Part shown: one piece after another, positions 49,849 through 59,224 of the stretch | How positions within the stretch are numbered: position 1 is the stretch's first letter | Layout: every line of letters starts with the position of its first letter | DNA from: Bythopirellula sp. | GTDB taxonomy: Bacteria > Planctomycetota > Planctomycetia > Pirellulales > Lacipirellulaceae | Direction: 5' to 3' | Length of the DNA stretch: 64,000 nt | NCBI GenBank assembly: GCA_965216565.1 | Contig: OZ244170.1 | Coordinates: 1,184,001-1,248,000, forward strand | Notes under the pieces: generated by a model | Seen by the model: only the letters and a program-made list of their open reading frames with translations | Told to the model about the DNA's origin: nothing | The model's database searches: none | Made by a program: the position numbers and the translations under genes

Positions 49849-49954
49849 AAGCCTCTAGCGGCCAGCGAAGTAGCTGCCCTCAACCACAATCACAATCATT
49901 TGATTCGTCTCACAATCTCCAACTATCTGAAATCCGAGCGACTTCGAGTTTTTC

Positions 49955-52351
49955 ATGGCCATTGCAATATCTACTGATATCTATTTGGACGCCAACGCCA
50001 CAACACGCGTACTGCCTGCTGCTGCCGATGAAGCAAAGGCGGCGATGGAGGAGTTGTTCGGAAATCCTAGTAGCTCGCACGTCACAGGCATTCGAGCTCG
50101 ACACATTTTGGAGCAGACCCGCGGATTGGTTCGTTCGCTCTTGGGAGCGGAGGATGGACAAATCATCTTTACTAGTGGCGCAACTGAAGCCATCCAGATG
50201 GCAATCTTTTCTGCGCTGGTCAATCTAAACAAGGATAGTGATTCGCAGGATGCGCTGGGTAGATTTCTCCTTTACGGGGCTACTGAACACAAAGCGGTCC
50301 CACAGGCACTCGGGCACTGGAAGCGAGTGCTGGGGCTCCGCAGTGAACTTCTGGCTATCCCAGTCGACAGCACAGGCAAGCTGGATCTGGAATTCTTGGA
50401 AAATCATGCCGACAGAGCAGACATCGTTTGCACAATGGCGGTGAACAACGAAACCGGAGTAATCCACGATCTAGATGCCATCGAAACCACACTCAGGAGA
50501 TGCAACGAAAGTGTTCCTTGGCTCGTCGATTGTGTTCAGGCACTTGGTAAATTGCCGTTGAATCTATCGTCCACCACCGTCGACTTTGCTTCGATCAGTG
50601 GCCACAAGCTTCACGCTCCGAAAGGGATTGGTGTGCTATATGTACGCGACCAAACCCCTCTAACACCTCTCTTTGCTGGAGGTGGACAAGAAAATGGAGC
50701 ACGATCGGGCACCGAAAATCTCCCCGGAGTGGCAGCGCTATCCGAGGTGTTACGTCATCTAAGTGACGAGCATGACTCGACCTTCAAGGATTTGGAGACA
50801 CTCGACGGATATCGCGAACGTCTGGTGCAGAGCCTCAAGACAGCATTGCCGACGATTGTTTTCAATACCGACTTTCAAAATGCGGTTCCCACGACGATCA
50901 ACTTTTCGGTCGAAGGATTTTCTAGCAAAGAGATCATGGACTTATTCGATGCCGCTGGGATCCGCGTTAGTTCGGGATCGGCGTGTGGTTCGTCATTGCG
51001 TGGCTCTTATGTTCTAGATGCGATGGGGCTGCCGAAATGGCGTAGTGAAGGAGCGATACGCATCTCGTTCGGACTGACGTCGCAAGAAGTCGAGATCGAG
51101 AGCGCATGCAAACAGATTGAAGCTGCCGGCAGGGCACTGCGAGAATCGTGTGTATTGCACGCTGGCAAGTCAGTGGCAAATCCTTTGTCTACCGACGAAA
51201 GATTGATCCAACTGAAAAGCGGCTCGATGTGCACCTGGATTCTTATCGACTCGAACGTGCGTCGTTGTGTGATCATCGATCCAGTCGATGAGCTCTCGGG
51301 ACGAATCGAAAACTATGTGCGTTGCCAGGGGCTGCAGGTTTTTGCCATTCTGGATACTCATCTGCATGTAGATCACCAATCCAACCGCGAGGCACTGCTT
51401 CACTTACTGAAAGATCGACTCGTATTCCCCGATCAGTCTACAGACCCGATGGGATGGCCTGAGAATGCCGACGGGGTCGCGATCCTTGGCGATGGCTCGG
51501 AAGCCGAGTACCTCAACTTCTCCGAAGAGCAGATGCTGGTGCGAACCGGGCTCGCCGGTCATACAATCGACAGCCATGCGTTGCTGTTCGGTTGCCTTTC
51601 ATCAGGAGGCAAACTTGCTCCCAGCGATATTGACTTCGCGTTTACTGGAGACACCGTCCAGATTGGTGGCATAGGCCGGACCGACTTCTCGTCGAGCTCC
51701 ATTGATGCCATGTACGGCTCTTTGCGACGATTGCCACACATCCTGAGCCACAATACACCAATTTGCCCGACGCACGACTATAGGAATGGTTTTGCAACGA
51801 CCCTGGAAACAGAACTTCGGGACAACGATTTTCTAGCACACACAGTCGACCCCTTGGCGCCGATTTCGCTTGAACAGTTTAAGGCCACTAAACAAACACT
51901 CGATGCAAAGATTGATGACGAGAGTAACGAGGAGCTAGTGTGCGGTCTCATCCTTAGCGATAAGGGCCGCCAGACTTCCATCGACATTGCCCCGGCAGAG
52001 AGAGAACATTTTTTCGCCAAGCACAAACAGTCGCGAATCATCGATGTTCGGGAACGTCAAGAGTTTCAGTTTTCGCAAGATTGGAGCTCCGTGGGGTTGG
52101 CTGAGCCTCCGGAGAATGTGCCGCTTACGCGATTAACGGGACTGCTTCAGGAGTTACTTGTAGAGCCTCGACAGCCAACTAGCGGAGATTTGATTTTTGT
52201 TTGCCGTAGTGGAAACCGAAGTGGCATCGCAGCGGACATGTTTCGGAGGATGGGTTTTAAGAATGCCTACCATATTGCGGGAGGACTTGCCCTTGGCATC
52301 CGCCCCAACGGAATTTCGGCGGATAGCGTGGACCATGATTTCATGATTTGA
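49955..52351 (+). CDS. Fusion: cysteine desulfurase (class V PLP) + ETHE1-like metallo-beta-lactamase persulfide dioxygenase + rhodanese
   Basis: YLDANATT, GNPSS, SGHKLHAPKGIG, RSGTEN, VSSGSAC; DTHLHVDH, GHT, FTGDT, GRTDF, CPTHDY; IIDVRE, CRSGNRS. Confidence 0.9.
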   Translation: MAIAISTDIYLDANATTRVLPAAADEAKAAMEELFGNPSSSHVTGIRARHILEQTRGLVRSLLGAEDGQIIFTSGATEAIQMAIFSALVNLNKDSDSQDALGRFLLYGATEHKAVPQALGHWKRVLGLRSELLAIPVDSTGKLDLEFLENHADRADIVCTMAVNNETGVIHDLDAIETTLRRCNESVPWLVDCVQALGKLPLNLSSTTVDFASISGHKLHAPKGIGVLYVRDQTPLTPLFAGGGQENGARSGTENLPGVAALSEVLRHLSDEHDSTFKDLETLDGYRERLVQSLKTALPTIVFNTDFQNAVPTTINFSVEGFSSKEIMDLFDAAGIRVSSGSACGSSLRGSYVLDAMGLPKWRSEGAIRISFGLTSQEVEIESACKQIEAAGRALRESCVLHAGKSVANPLSTDERLIQLKSGSMCTWILIDSNVRRCVIIDPVDELSGRIENYVRCQGLQVFAILDTHLHVDHQSNREALLHLLKDRLVFPDQSTDPMGWPENADGVAILGDGSEAEYLNFSEEQMLVRTGLAGHTIDSHALLFGCLSSGGKLAPSDIDFAFTGDTVQIGGIGRTDFSSSSIDAMYGSLRRLPHILSHNTPICPTHDYRNGFATTLETELRDNDFLAHTVDPLAPISLEQFKATKQTLDAKIDDESNEELVCGLILSDKGRQTSIDIAPAEREHFFAKHKQSRIIDVRERQEFQFSQDWSSVGLAEPPENVPLTRLTGLLQELLVEPRQPTSGDLIFVCRSGNRSGIAADMFRRMGFKNAYHIAGGLALGIRPNGISADSVDHDFMI

Positions 52352-52681
52352 AGCTTGAAGCGATTGGCCAGATTACAGCAGCGCGACGCGCACTTGTTAC
52401 ATCAAGCGAGTTTTTACGACTAGAGCAGAAGAGGAATGAACCTGAAAATGGACGAAACATTGACACCCGTGACCGAGGCAGGTAGGTTCAGTTATTCGCG
52501 TATCGCACCTTTTTCTCGCGCCGTTCCGGAATCTTCTCTCATCGTTGCTGACTCCTCGCAATGGATAGCAAAGTACGCGAGTCGGTTTCAAGCTGCCATT
52601 AAGCCAATGATGATTATCTCCGCTAAAAACACCGTTGCTCCCGCGAAAGAATGTGGGCATTTTCTCAGACGTTGCCGACTG

Positions 52682-53632
52682 ATGACGAACTCTGGCCGAG
52701 GTTTTACGCTAGTAGAATTGCTGGTTGTGATTGCGATTATTGGGGTACTTGTGAGTCTGTTGCTGCCAGCAGTCCAAGCGGCACGCGAGGCCTCCCGACG
52801 AACCAAATGCCTGAATCATATGCGTCAACTAGAATTGGCAGTGATGAATTTTTCGTCCGCGATGGGAGAGGATCTTCCGGACGCTTTGCATAACTACCCC
52901 CCCACGCCACCTGGGAAGACGAAAGCGGAGACCAGCCCGCTTTCGATGCATATTGCGACGATGCCTTACACGGAAAACAAGGCTTTGCGTGAAAAGTACA
53001 CGGCTGTTGCTTCCACATTAGACTTTTTTGAAGTGGCAATTTACAACTGTCCCAGTGATCCTTCGAAGGCGCTAGTTGAGAACCGACCTACAACAACTTC
53101 TTACCTGTCGAATGGAACATTGTTTTCTGACGAGCCAAATTTCCGCAAAGTAACCGATGGTACTTCAAACACTATTGCATTTGCTGAGAGTTACGCTCGC
53201 ACTGAGCTTTCTGGCAACGCAACAGTCACCGTCTACTCAACCCGTTCTGGCAAGGGTGCTGCAACCTTTGCCCATGTATGCAATGGAGAAACGGAGTTCT
53301 GCTTCGACGTCAGAATTGGCCCCCCCGGCGGCGGCTCAGCTGCAACATTTGGTCGTTCTAACCGTCCCGAAATGTCCACGCCAGGCAATTGGCAACCAGA
53401 CTTCAACGCGGCAGCAAACAACGCCCTTGACGATGTGATCGATCCCCCCATCGAATCTAGTCCAGATCCTGAGCAATCAGACATTCGACTTCTCCAAAGC
53501 ATTCACCCGGGCGTCATCAATATGGTGATGCTCGATAATAGCGTTCGTTCTGTATCCGATAGCATCGATCCGATCGTTTTTTGGTCATACGTCACCCCAG
53601 CCGGTGGCGAATCGGTTCGGTTTCTTGAATAA
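52682..53632 (+). CDS. DUF1559 prepilin-type protein
   Basis: [57 protein letters not shown]. Start uncertain (52682 or an upstream ATG). Confidence 0.92.
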   Translation: MTNSGRGFTLVELLVVIAIIGVLVSLLLPAVQAAREASRRTKCLNHMRQLELAVMNFSSAMGEDLPDALHNYPPTPPGKTKAETSPLSMHIATMPYTENKALREKYTAVASTLDFFEVAIYNCPSDPSKALVENRPTTTSYLSNGTLFSDEPNFRKVTDGTSNTIAFAESYARTELSGNATVTVYSTRSGKGAATFAHVCNGETEFCFDVRIGPPGGGSAATFGRSNRPEMSTPGNWQPDFNAAANNALDDVIDPPIESSPDPEQSDIRLLQSIHPGVINMVMLDNSVRSVSDSIDPIVFWSYVTPAGGESVRFLE

Positions 53633-53655
53633 CATTTGTGAATTTCGAGGATCTC

Positions 53656-55041
53656 ATGCGTAGTACATTGTGTCTTTGTGTCTCCACTTGCCTGCTGAAT
53701 CTGCTTCTCCTTTCCGGATGCAGTGCTGAAGATGCGGGAGTTGGCCAACAAGCGAAGCCGGTTGCCAAGCTTTCTTCCGCTACAGTCGAAGCCGAGAAGC
53801 CCGAGGCTTCCTCCGCGGCAAAGCTCGACGCGCCGAAGAAGGCGACCTTCGCGCCACTCGGCAGTCCAGACAAGGCCAAGTCGGTCAAAGCTGATACTGA
53901 AAAGAAGCCGGTTGTCGCAAAACTGGGTAGCCCAGGAAAGCCGAAGTTCGCACTCAAACGAACTGGTTTTGGCCCCGGCGCTGGAGCGAATGCTCCCGAT
54001 CGTGCTGCCGAAGTGAAGCGATTGATTGCGGCATACGAAAATATAGCCATTCGCTATGCCGACATGATGGTCCTCGCCACGACGCCCGAGCAAGAGGAAG
54101 CCGCTGCCAAGCATTGTCCTTCTGCCAAGGCACTGCGGTCAATCGCCACGTTGTTGGCGCATATAGTGGCAGTCGACGCAACCGACGAACCCGCGATGGA
54201 GGCGCTTTCTTTCTTGGTCAAGTATGTTGGCGTACCAGAAATCGATGCCGTATTTGCCGGAGAATTCAGCGATGGCACTCAAGTCGATCCGATGGCAATG
54301 TTGCTCGAGCACCACGCCAACAATCCCAATATGGTTGGCACACTGCGAAGATTACCACGGAGCAGCAGCGCCGATGCCTTTCTCATTGCTCTCTTTCAGA
54401 AGACATTGAACCCGGATGTCCGCTGGTTGTCGGGAGCCCAACTCATCGCCAGTTTGCGGCGAAACGGTCGGCCCGAGGAGGAGATGGAAAAGGTTGTCGT
54501 CGCGATGTCCGAAGACAGATACCTGGAGGGTGTCAAAGTCGGTCGGTCAAATGCGCGTGACTGGGCGGTGAACAAACTTCGCGAAATACGAACTCTTGGC
54601 ATCGGCAATGTGCTTCCTGAAGTTAGCGGCGAGAAGCTGGAAGGCGGCATCGGCAATGTCTCCGACTACCGCGGCAAGGTTTTGCTGCTGGATGTCTGGA
54701 CCACCTGGTGCGGACCATGTCGGGCGATGACTCCCCACCATATAGAACTGGTGGAACGTCTCAAGGACAAGCCGTTTGCGATGCTAAGTGTGAGTTGCGA
54801 TCGAGACAAGGCGACGCTCGAAGAATTCCTCGCTAACAATTCCATGCCTTGGGATCACTGGTGGGTAGAGGCGGAAAGCGAGTTCAAGAAAACCTTGAAT
54901 ATTGCTTCTTTCCCGACTATCTACGTCCTGGATGCCGAAGGAGTCATTCGGTACAAGAACATCAAGGACGAAGAACTGGATCAGGCGATCGATACGTTGC
55001 TGAGCGAATCTGAGAGTTCGGCTGCTTTGTCAAAGAATTAG
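53656..55041 (+). CDS. Lipoprotein with C-terminal TlpA thioredoxin-like domain
   Basis: Lipobox LSGC, Lys/Ala/Pro-rich linker, helical region, LLDVWTTWCGPC, FPTIYVLDAEGVIR. Confidence 0.88.
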   Translation: MRSTLCLCVSTCLLNLLLLSGCSAEDAGVGQQAKPVAKLSSATVEAEKPEASSAAKLDAPKKATFAPLGSPDKAKSVKADTEKKPVVAKLGSPGKPKFALKRTGFGPGAGANAPDRAAEVKRLIAAYENIAIRYADMMVLATTPEQEEAAAKHCPSAKALRSIATLLAHIVAVDATDEPAMEALSFLVKYVGVPEIDAVFAGEFSDGTQVDPMAMLLEHHANNPNMVGTLRRLPRSSSADAFLIALFQKTLNPDVRWLSGAQLIASLRRNGRPEEEMEKVVVAMSEDRYLEGVKVGRSNARDWAVNKLREIRTLGIGNVLPEVSGEKLEGGIGNVSDYRGKVLLLDVWTTWCGPCRAMTPHHIELVERLKDKPFAMLSVSCDRDKATLEEFLANNSMPWDHWWVEAESEFKKTLNIASFPTIYVLDAEGVIRYKNIKDEELDQAIDTLLSESESSAALSKN

Positions 55042-55086
55042 CCAGCCCTTGGTTTCATCCTTCGCATCATAGTACACTATTGTGCC

Positions 55087-56229
55087 ATGTCACCCAGGTC
55101 GTGCAGATCGATTGCCAGTTTCATAGTTCCGGCAATGATTGTGCTGGCTAGCATCAAGAGCCCCAGCTTAGCGAAGGAATTGCCCAAGTTGGGGAGTTCG
55201 ATGACAGACGAGCAAGCTACCTCGTTCGCCAATCTGGCAATCGAGAACATCGAGACCGAGTTTCCCAACAAACTCTCACACGTTTGGACCGGTAACGAGG
55301 AAGCGCACAATCCGCGCGATCTGCATCCCGTTTTCTATGGCAGCTTCGATTGGCATTCCTCGGTTCATGGTCATTGGATGCTGGTCCGACTATTGAAGCT
55401 CCACCCTCAAGCGGAATTCGCCCCCAAGACGCGCAAACTCTTGGACCGGCAGCTAACTGCCGAAAAGCTCCGCGCTGAAGCTGAGTATTTTCAGCTCAAG
55501 AGCAATCGCACCTACGAACGGATGTACGGCTGGGCCTGGGCACTTCGCATGGCCCAAGAACTGCGTACTTGGGATGACCCGCAGGCACGCCAATGGGCTG
55601 AGAACTTTGCTGTGTTGGAGAAGCAAATTGTCTCGGCAGTCCACGACTATTTACCACGGCTGACGTATCCGATTCGCACGGGCGTCCATCGAGACACTGC
55701 ATTTGCACTCTATCTCATCCTGGACTACGCCAGAGCTGTCGACGATCAACAATTAGTCGACTTGATTTCTAACTACTCAATCGAAAAGTACGCAGGAGAC
55801 AAAGACTATCCCGCCAACTACGAACCCTCGGGGCAAGACTTTTTCTCTTCGGGACTGAATCAAGCAGATCTCATGCGTCGAGTCATGCACCCGGCAGAGT
55901 TCTCGGAGTGGTTCGATCGATTTCTGCCGAAGATCGATAAGCCAGGGTCCACGGCAGCTAAACTATTGCAGCCCGCCACGGTCTCTGACTTATCGGACCC
56001 GCAGATCGTTCATCTGGTTGGGCTCAATTTGTCGAGGGCCTGGAACCAGCGTGGCATTGCCTCCGCGCTGCCGAAGGATGATCAGCGACGTCAGGCTCTC
56101 GAAGAGTCGGCCGCACGGCACTGCGAAGAGGGACTCAAGTACGTCTTTAGCGGACACTACGAAGGAGAGCACTGGCTCGCGACGTTCGCTGTCTATCTGC
56201 TAACCGACGCCGGAATCTCGGGTCCATGA
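55087..56229 (+). CDS. DUF2891 family protein with signal peptide
   Basis: EFPNK, LHPVFYGSFDWHSSVHGHW, YERMYGWAW, PIRTGVH, EPSGQDFFS, HLVGLNLSRAW, YEGEHWLATFA. Confidence 0.88.
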   Translation: MSPRSCRSIASFIVPAMIVLASIKSPSLAKELPKLGSSMTDEQATSFANLAIENIETEFPNKLSHVWTGNEEAHNPRDLHPVFYGSFDWHSSVHGHWMLVRLLKLHPQAEFAPKTRKLLDRQLTAEKLRAEAEYFQLKSNRTYERMYGWAWALRMAQELRTWDDPQARQWAENFAVLEKQIVSAVHDYLPRLTYPIRTGVHRDTAFALYLILDYARAVDDQQLVDLISNYSIEKYAGDKDYPANYEPSGQDFFSSGLNQADLMRRVMHPAEFSEWFDRFLPKIDKPGSTAAKLLQPATVSDLSDPQIVHLVGLNLSRAWNQRGIASALPKDDQRRQALEESAARHCEEGLKYVFSGHYEGEHWLATFAVYLLTDAGISGP

Positions 56230-57458
56230 GTAAGCCGCCGACAAACCGACCCTGGTGGAAGGTGTGCGGACCTGGGTTGTTGGTCACCGCTGCATTTATT
56301 GGCCCTGGCACTGTGGTCACCGCCAGTCGAGCGGGCGCGGAGTTTGGCTACTCCTTGCTCTGGACGCTCCTGTTCGCAACAACGGCTACTGTAATCCTAC
56401 AAGAGATGGCAGCCCGATTGGGGCTAGTTAGCAGGCAGAGCCTGGCTGGTGCCATTCGACAAGCCATATCTCCGGCTCCGCTCCGATGGTGTGCATTGAT
56501 GTTAGTCCTTGTTGCCATCGCGCTGGGCAACGCCGCCTATCAAACAGGCAATCTCACCGGTGGCGCGCTTGGACTTTCGATCATGACCGGTTGGTCGCAA
56601 ACAACATGCGTTTTGGCCATTGGCAGTAGCGTCGTGGTGCTACTGGTCATGGGTAGGACTCAAGGACGTCTCAAAGCTCTGCTAATTGGACTGGTGTTGC
56701 TAATGAGCGTCGCCTTTCTGGTAACAGCCACGGTGGTGCAGCCGCAGCTTGCATCTATCCTCAGCGGGACAGTCGGTTTTCGCATTCCCGAGGGTGCCCA
56801 CCTTACTGCGGTGGCACTCATTGGGACTACTATCGTGCCTTATAACCTCTTTTTGCATGCCACGACCGTTCAACACACCTGGGCGAAAGATACAGATCGT
56901 AAGCAGGCTCTGCGGGAAGCGCGTCTCGATACGTTACTATCAATCTCGCTCGGCGGGATCGTCACCATGTCTATCATCGTAACCTCCGCGGCTGTCTATT
57001 TTCAGCGCCAGCAAATCGACTCAGCTGCCGATTTGGCTCTTCAACTGGAACCGTTGCTGGGCCCCGCTGCCAAACATCTTTTTGCCGCTGGAATTCTAGC
57101 TGCCGGGATCACAAGTGCCATCACCGCACCGTTAGCTGCTGGATATGCCGTGGCTGGGAGTTTCGATTGGAAACGGTACACGCAAGCTCAGGTCACGACC
57201 TTCGTAGCGCTGGTAGTTGCCCTGGTGGGAATGTTTTTCGCGATTTGCTTTGGAGGCAGTCCACAAGCAACAATCATGGTCGCCCAGGCCGCAAATGCCC
57301 TTTTGCTTCCGTTGATAGCCATCTTCTTGCTGGTGGTGATGAATCAATCGTCACTACTTGGCGAACATAGAAATGGAAGAGCTGCCAACTCGCTAGGAGC
57401 AATCGTAGTGATTGTTACGCTAGGACTAGGGCTACTTGCCATGAGGAAGTTGCTCTAG
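56226..57458 (+). CDS. NRAMP-related (MntH/YcsG-like) membrane transporter
   Basis: GPGLLVTAAFIGPGTV, LQEMAARLG, GTTIVPYNLFLH; about 11 TM helices; ATGA overlap with the DUF2891 gene. Confidence 0.85.
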   Translation: MSKPPTNRPWWKVCGPGLLVTAAFIGPGTVVTASRAGAEFGYSLLWTLLFATTATVILQEMAARLGLVSRQSLAGAIRQAISPAPLRWCALMLVLVAIALGNAAYQTGNLTGGALGLSIMTGWSQTTCVLAIGSSVVVLLVMGRTQGRLKALLIGLVLLMSVAFLVTATVVQPQLASILSGTVGFRIPEGAHLTAVALIGTTIVPYNLFLHATTVQHTWAKDTDRKQALREARLDTLLSISLGGIVTMSIIVTSAAVYFQRQQIDSAADLALQLEPLLGPAAKHLFAAGILAAGITSAITAPLAAGYAVAGSFDWKRYTQAQVTTFVALVVALVGMFFAICFGGSPQATIMVAQAANALLLPLIAIFLLVVMNQSSLLGEHRNGRAANSLGAIVVIVTLGLGLLAMRKLL

Positions 57459-57481
57459 GGGGCGCGTTGCATCGGGTTCTA

Positions 57482-59224
57482 CTATTCCCGATAAGGCTTT
57501 CCGGATTGATACAGGACTAATCGTCCCTGGATTTCACTTGCGTACTGGTGATGGCCGGCTTCTGTGGCAAATGTGAATGCCCGCTTAGCAGTGGCGACAG
57601 CTTTCTCAAACTGTTTATCCTCGGCATACGCTGCGGCAAGTGTGTCGAGCAGTCCGAAGGCACTTTCTGGTCGCGTTTTTACAGCCATCGAAATAAGTCG
57701 AATCGCTTCCTTGCCGTTGCGGAATTGCTTGTTGGGATGGGTAGAGAGAACCCACGCAAGATTGTTTTGGGCGTCGACGTAATTCTCCTTGAGTTTCATT
57801 GCATCGCGATAGTACGAGATGGCTTTTTCCACATCGCCTCGCTTGAGAAGATGATTTCCGACCCTCAGGTACAATCTATGGATATGAGCTGAATTGCGAA
57901 GCTGTGCACGATTTCGAGTGATGTACTCTGCACTATCGTTGACATAACCTTGATCGACAAGCCTCCAGGCGATGTCGAGCGGAGTAAGAGGCTTGCGATG
58001 AATACGCCAGCGTCCCTCGAACGGCAACGCCGTTGGTGAATCGGCAATATTGGGAAGTTGTGCAGCGTCAGCCAGCACTTGGTCGACTGTCACTGGGCCG
58101 CGGTAGAAAACGGCGAGCCTGCCGGAAGAGTCAATCAGTAGACTTGTGGGAACCGAGAGTGGTTGATGGAAGTCGAATAGGTGCTGATCGACGAGCAACA
58201 ATTTGTCGGCCAAGCCTTCAGTCGCCCAGCCTGAATTCCCTCTGTAGCCAAAAGAGGACAAGAGTTCGGAGGTCGAATTCGGCCCATCAGTCTTAGAAGA
58301 TTCGAGACGATCGACGGACAAGGCAAAGACTGTGATTCCTGCTTCGCGGATCTCGGACTCCCGTTCAGCGATCTCGCGAATTTCCTTTAAACAGGGACGG
58401 CACCAACTGGCCCAAAGATTGAGCAAGACGGGCCCACCCTGTGATGCCTCATCGATCCAGCGGGTTTGCCCCTCGTCGGACTCATAGTCCAACCGAGGCA
58501 GCGGGAGTGGGACCGCGGACACTATCCGCGCTTGCTCGGTTGATTTCTGGTAGGGAGAATTCGATGGTGTGAGCGAACCCGTGCTCTTTGGCGGAGTCCA
58601 TTCTTGGGCATTACCACTGTTTTCAATGAGATGGTAGTGGCGATCGGTTTGCAGGCCTTTGAAGGTTTCCCTCTCTCCTCCTGGCCAGCGAACGGTCACC
58701 TGCTTAATTTCTTCAGCAGCTCCTAATCCGAAGTGCATTCTCTTGCTCGATTGGGCCATGAAGCCTTCGCCAGCCCTCAGCGTTTTAACGAGAGTCGAAT
58801 CCTCTCCCTCAGCTTCGGGCGATTGAAGAGTCACTTCCACCCGGGCACCAATTGCATCGCGATTACAGGTTTTCCCCTCCAATCGAATCGTTACGAAGTG
58901 ATTCGAGGTTTCTAAGTCATTGCGAAGAAACCGGACTTGGGGCCCGGTGCGGTTGGCAGTCCACAGGTCGAGGTCACCATCGAAGTCCCAATCGCATAAC
59001 GCCACGGAGCGTCCATCATCGGGGAAATCAAATCCGCTGACAGAAGAGACGTTAGCAAACTTGCCCTGGCCGAGATTCAGAAAACAACAATGCCGTTCCC
59101 GGCCACTCCAAGATCGTCCTTTGCGTACCATTTGAAACAGCGCAGAAGAGACCGGAATGCCATGATCTCCTTCATCAGCAACACTCGTCGAAACAGTCCT
59201 CGACGGGGCACCACCAAGCGACAC
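57482..59224 (-). CDS. ASPIC/UnbV + TlpA + TPR segment (probably the 3' part of a UGA-recoded gene)
   Basis: DWDFDGDLDL FG-GAP repeat, NRDAIGARV, MHFGLG..VRWPGG (ASPIC/UnbV), NLWASWCRPC, TPRs (AQNNLAW, LDTLAAAYAE). No convincing ribosome-binding site of its own. Confidence 0.8.
   Translation of the reverse strand: MSLGGAPSRTVSTSVADEGDHGIPVSSALFQMVRKGRSWSGRERHCCFLNLGQGKFANVSSVSGFDFPDDGRSVALCDWDFDGDLDLWTANRTGPQVRFLRNDLETSNHFVTIRLEGKTCNRDAIGARVEVTLQSPEAEGEDSTLVKTLRAGEGFMAQSSKRMHFGLGAAEEIKQVTVRWPGGERETFKGLQTDRHYHLIENSGNAQEWTPPKSTGSLTPSNSPYQKSTEQARIVSAVPLPLPRLDYESDEGQTRWIDEASQGGPVLLNLWASWCRPCLKEIREIAERESEIREAGITVFALSVDRLESSKTDGPNSTSELLSSFGYRGNSGWATEGLADKLLLVDQHLFDFHQPLSVPTSLLIDSSGRLAVFYRGPVTVDQVLADAAQLPNIADSPTALPFEGRWRIHRKPLTPLDIAWRLVDQGYVNDSAEYITRNRAQLRNSAHIHRLYLRVGNHLLKRGDVEKAISYYRDAMKLKENYVDAQNNLAWVLSTHPNKQFRNGKEAIRLISMAVKTRPESAFGLLDTLAAAYAEDKQFEKAVATAKRAFTFATEAGHHQYASEIQGRLVLYQSGKPYRE

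Noticed and set aside
52349..52436. Second UGA read-through from the desulfurase fusion into the in-frame DUF1559 ORF
   Set aside because: An in-frame TAG lies in between and the domains are unrelated.
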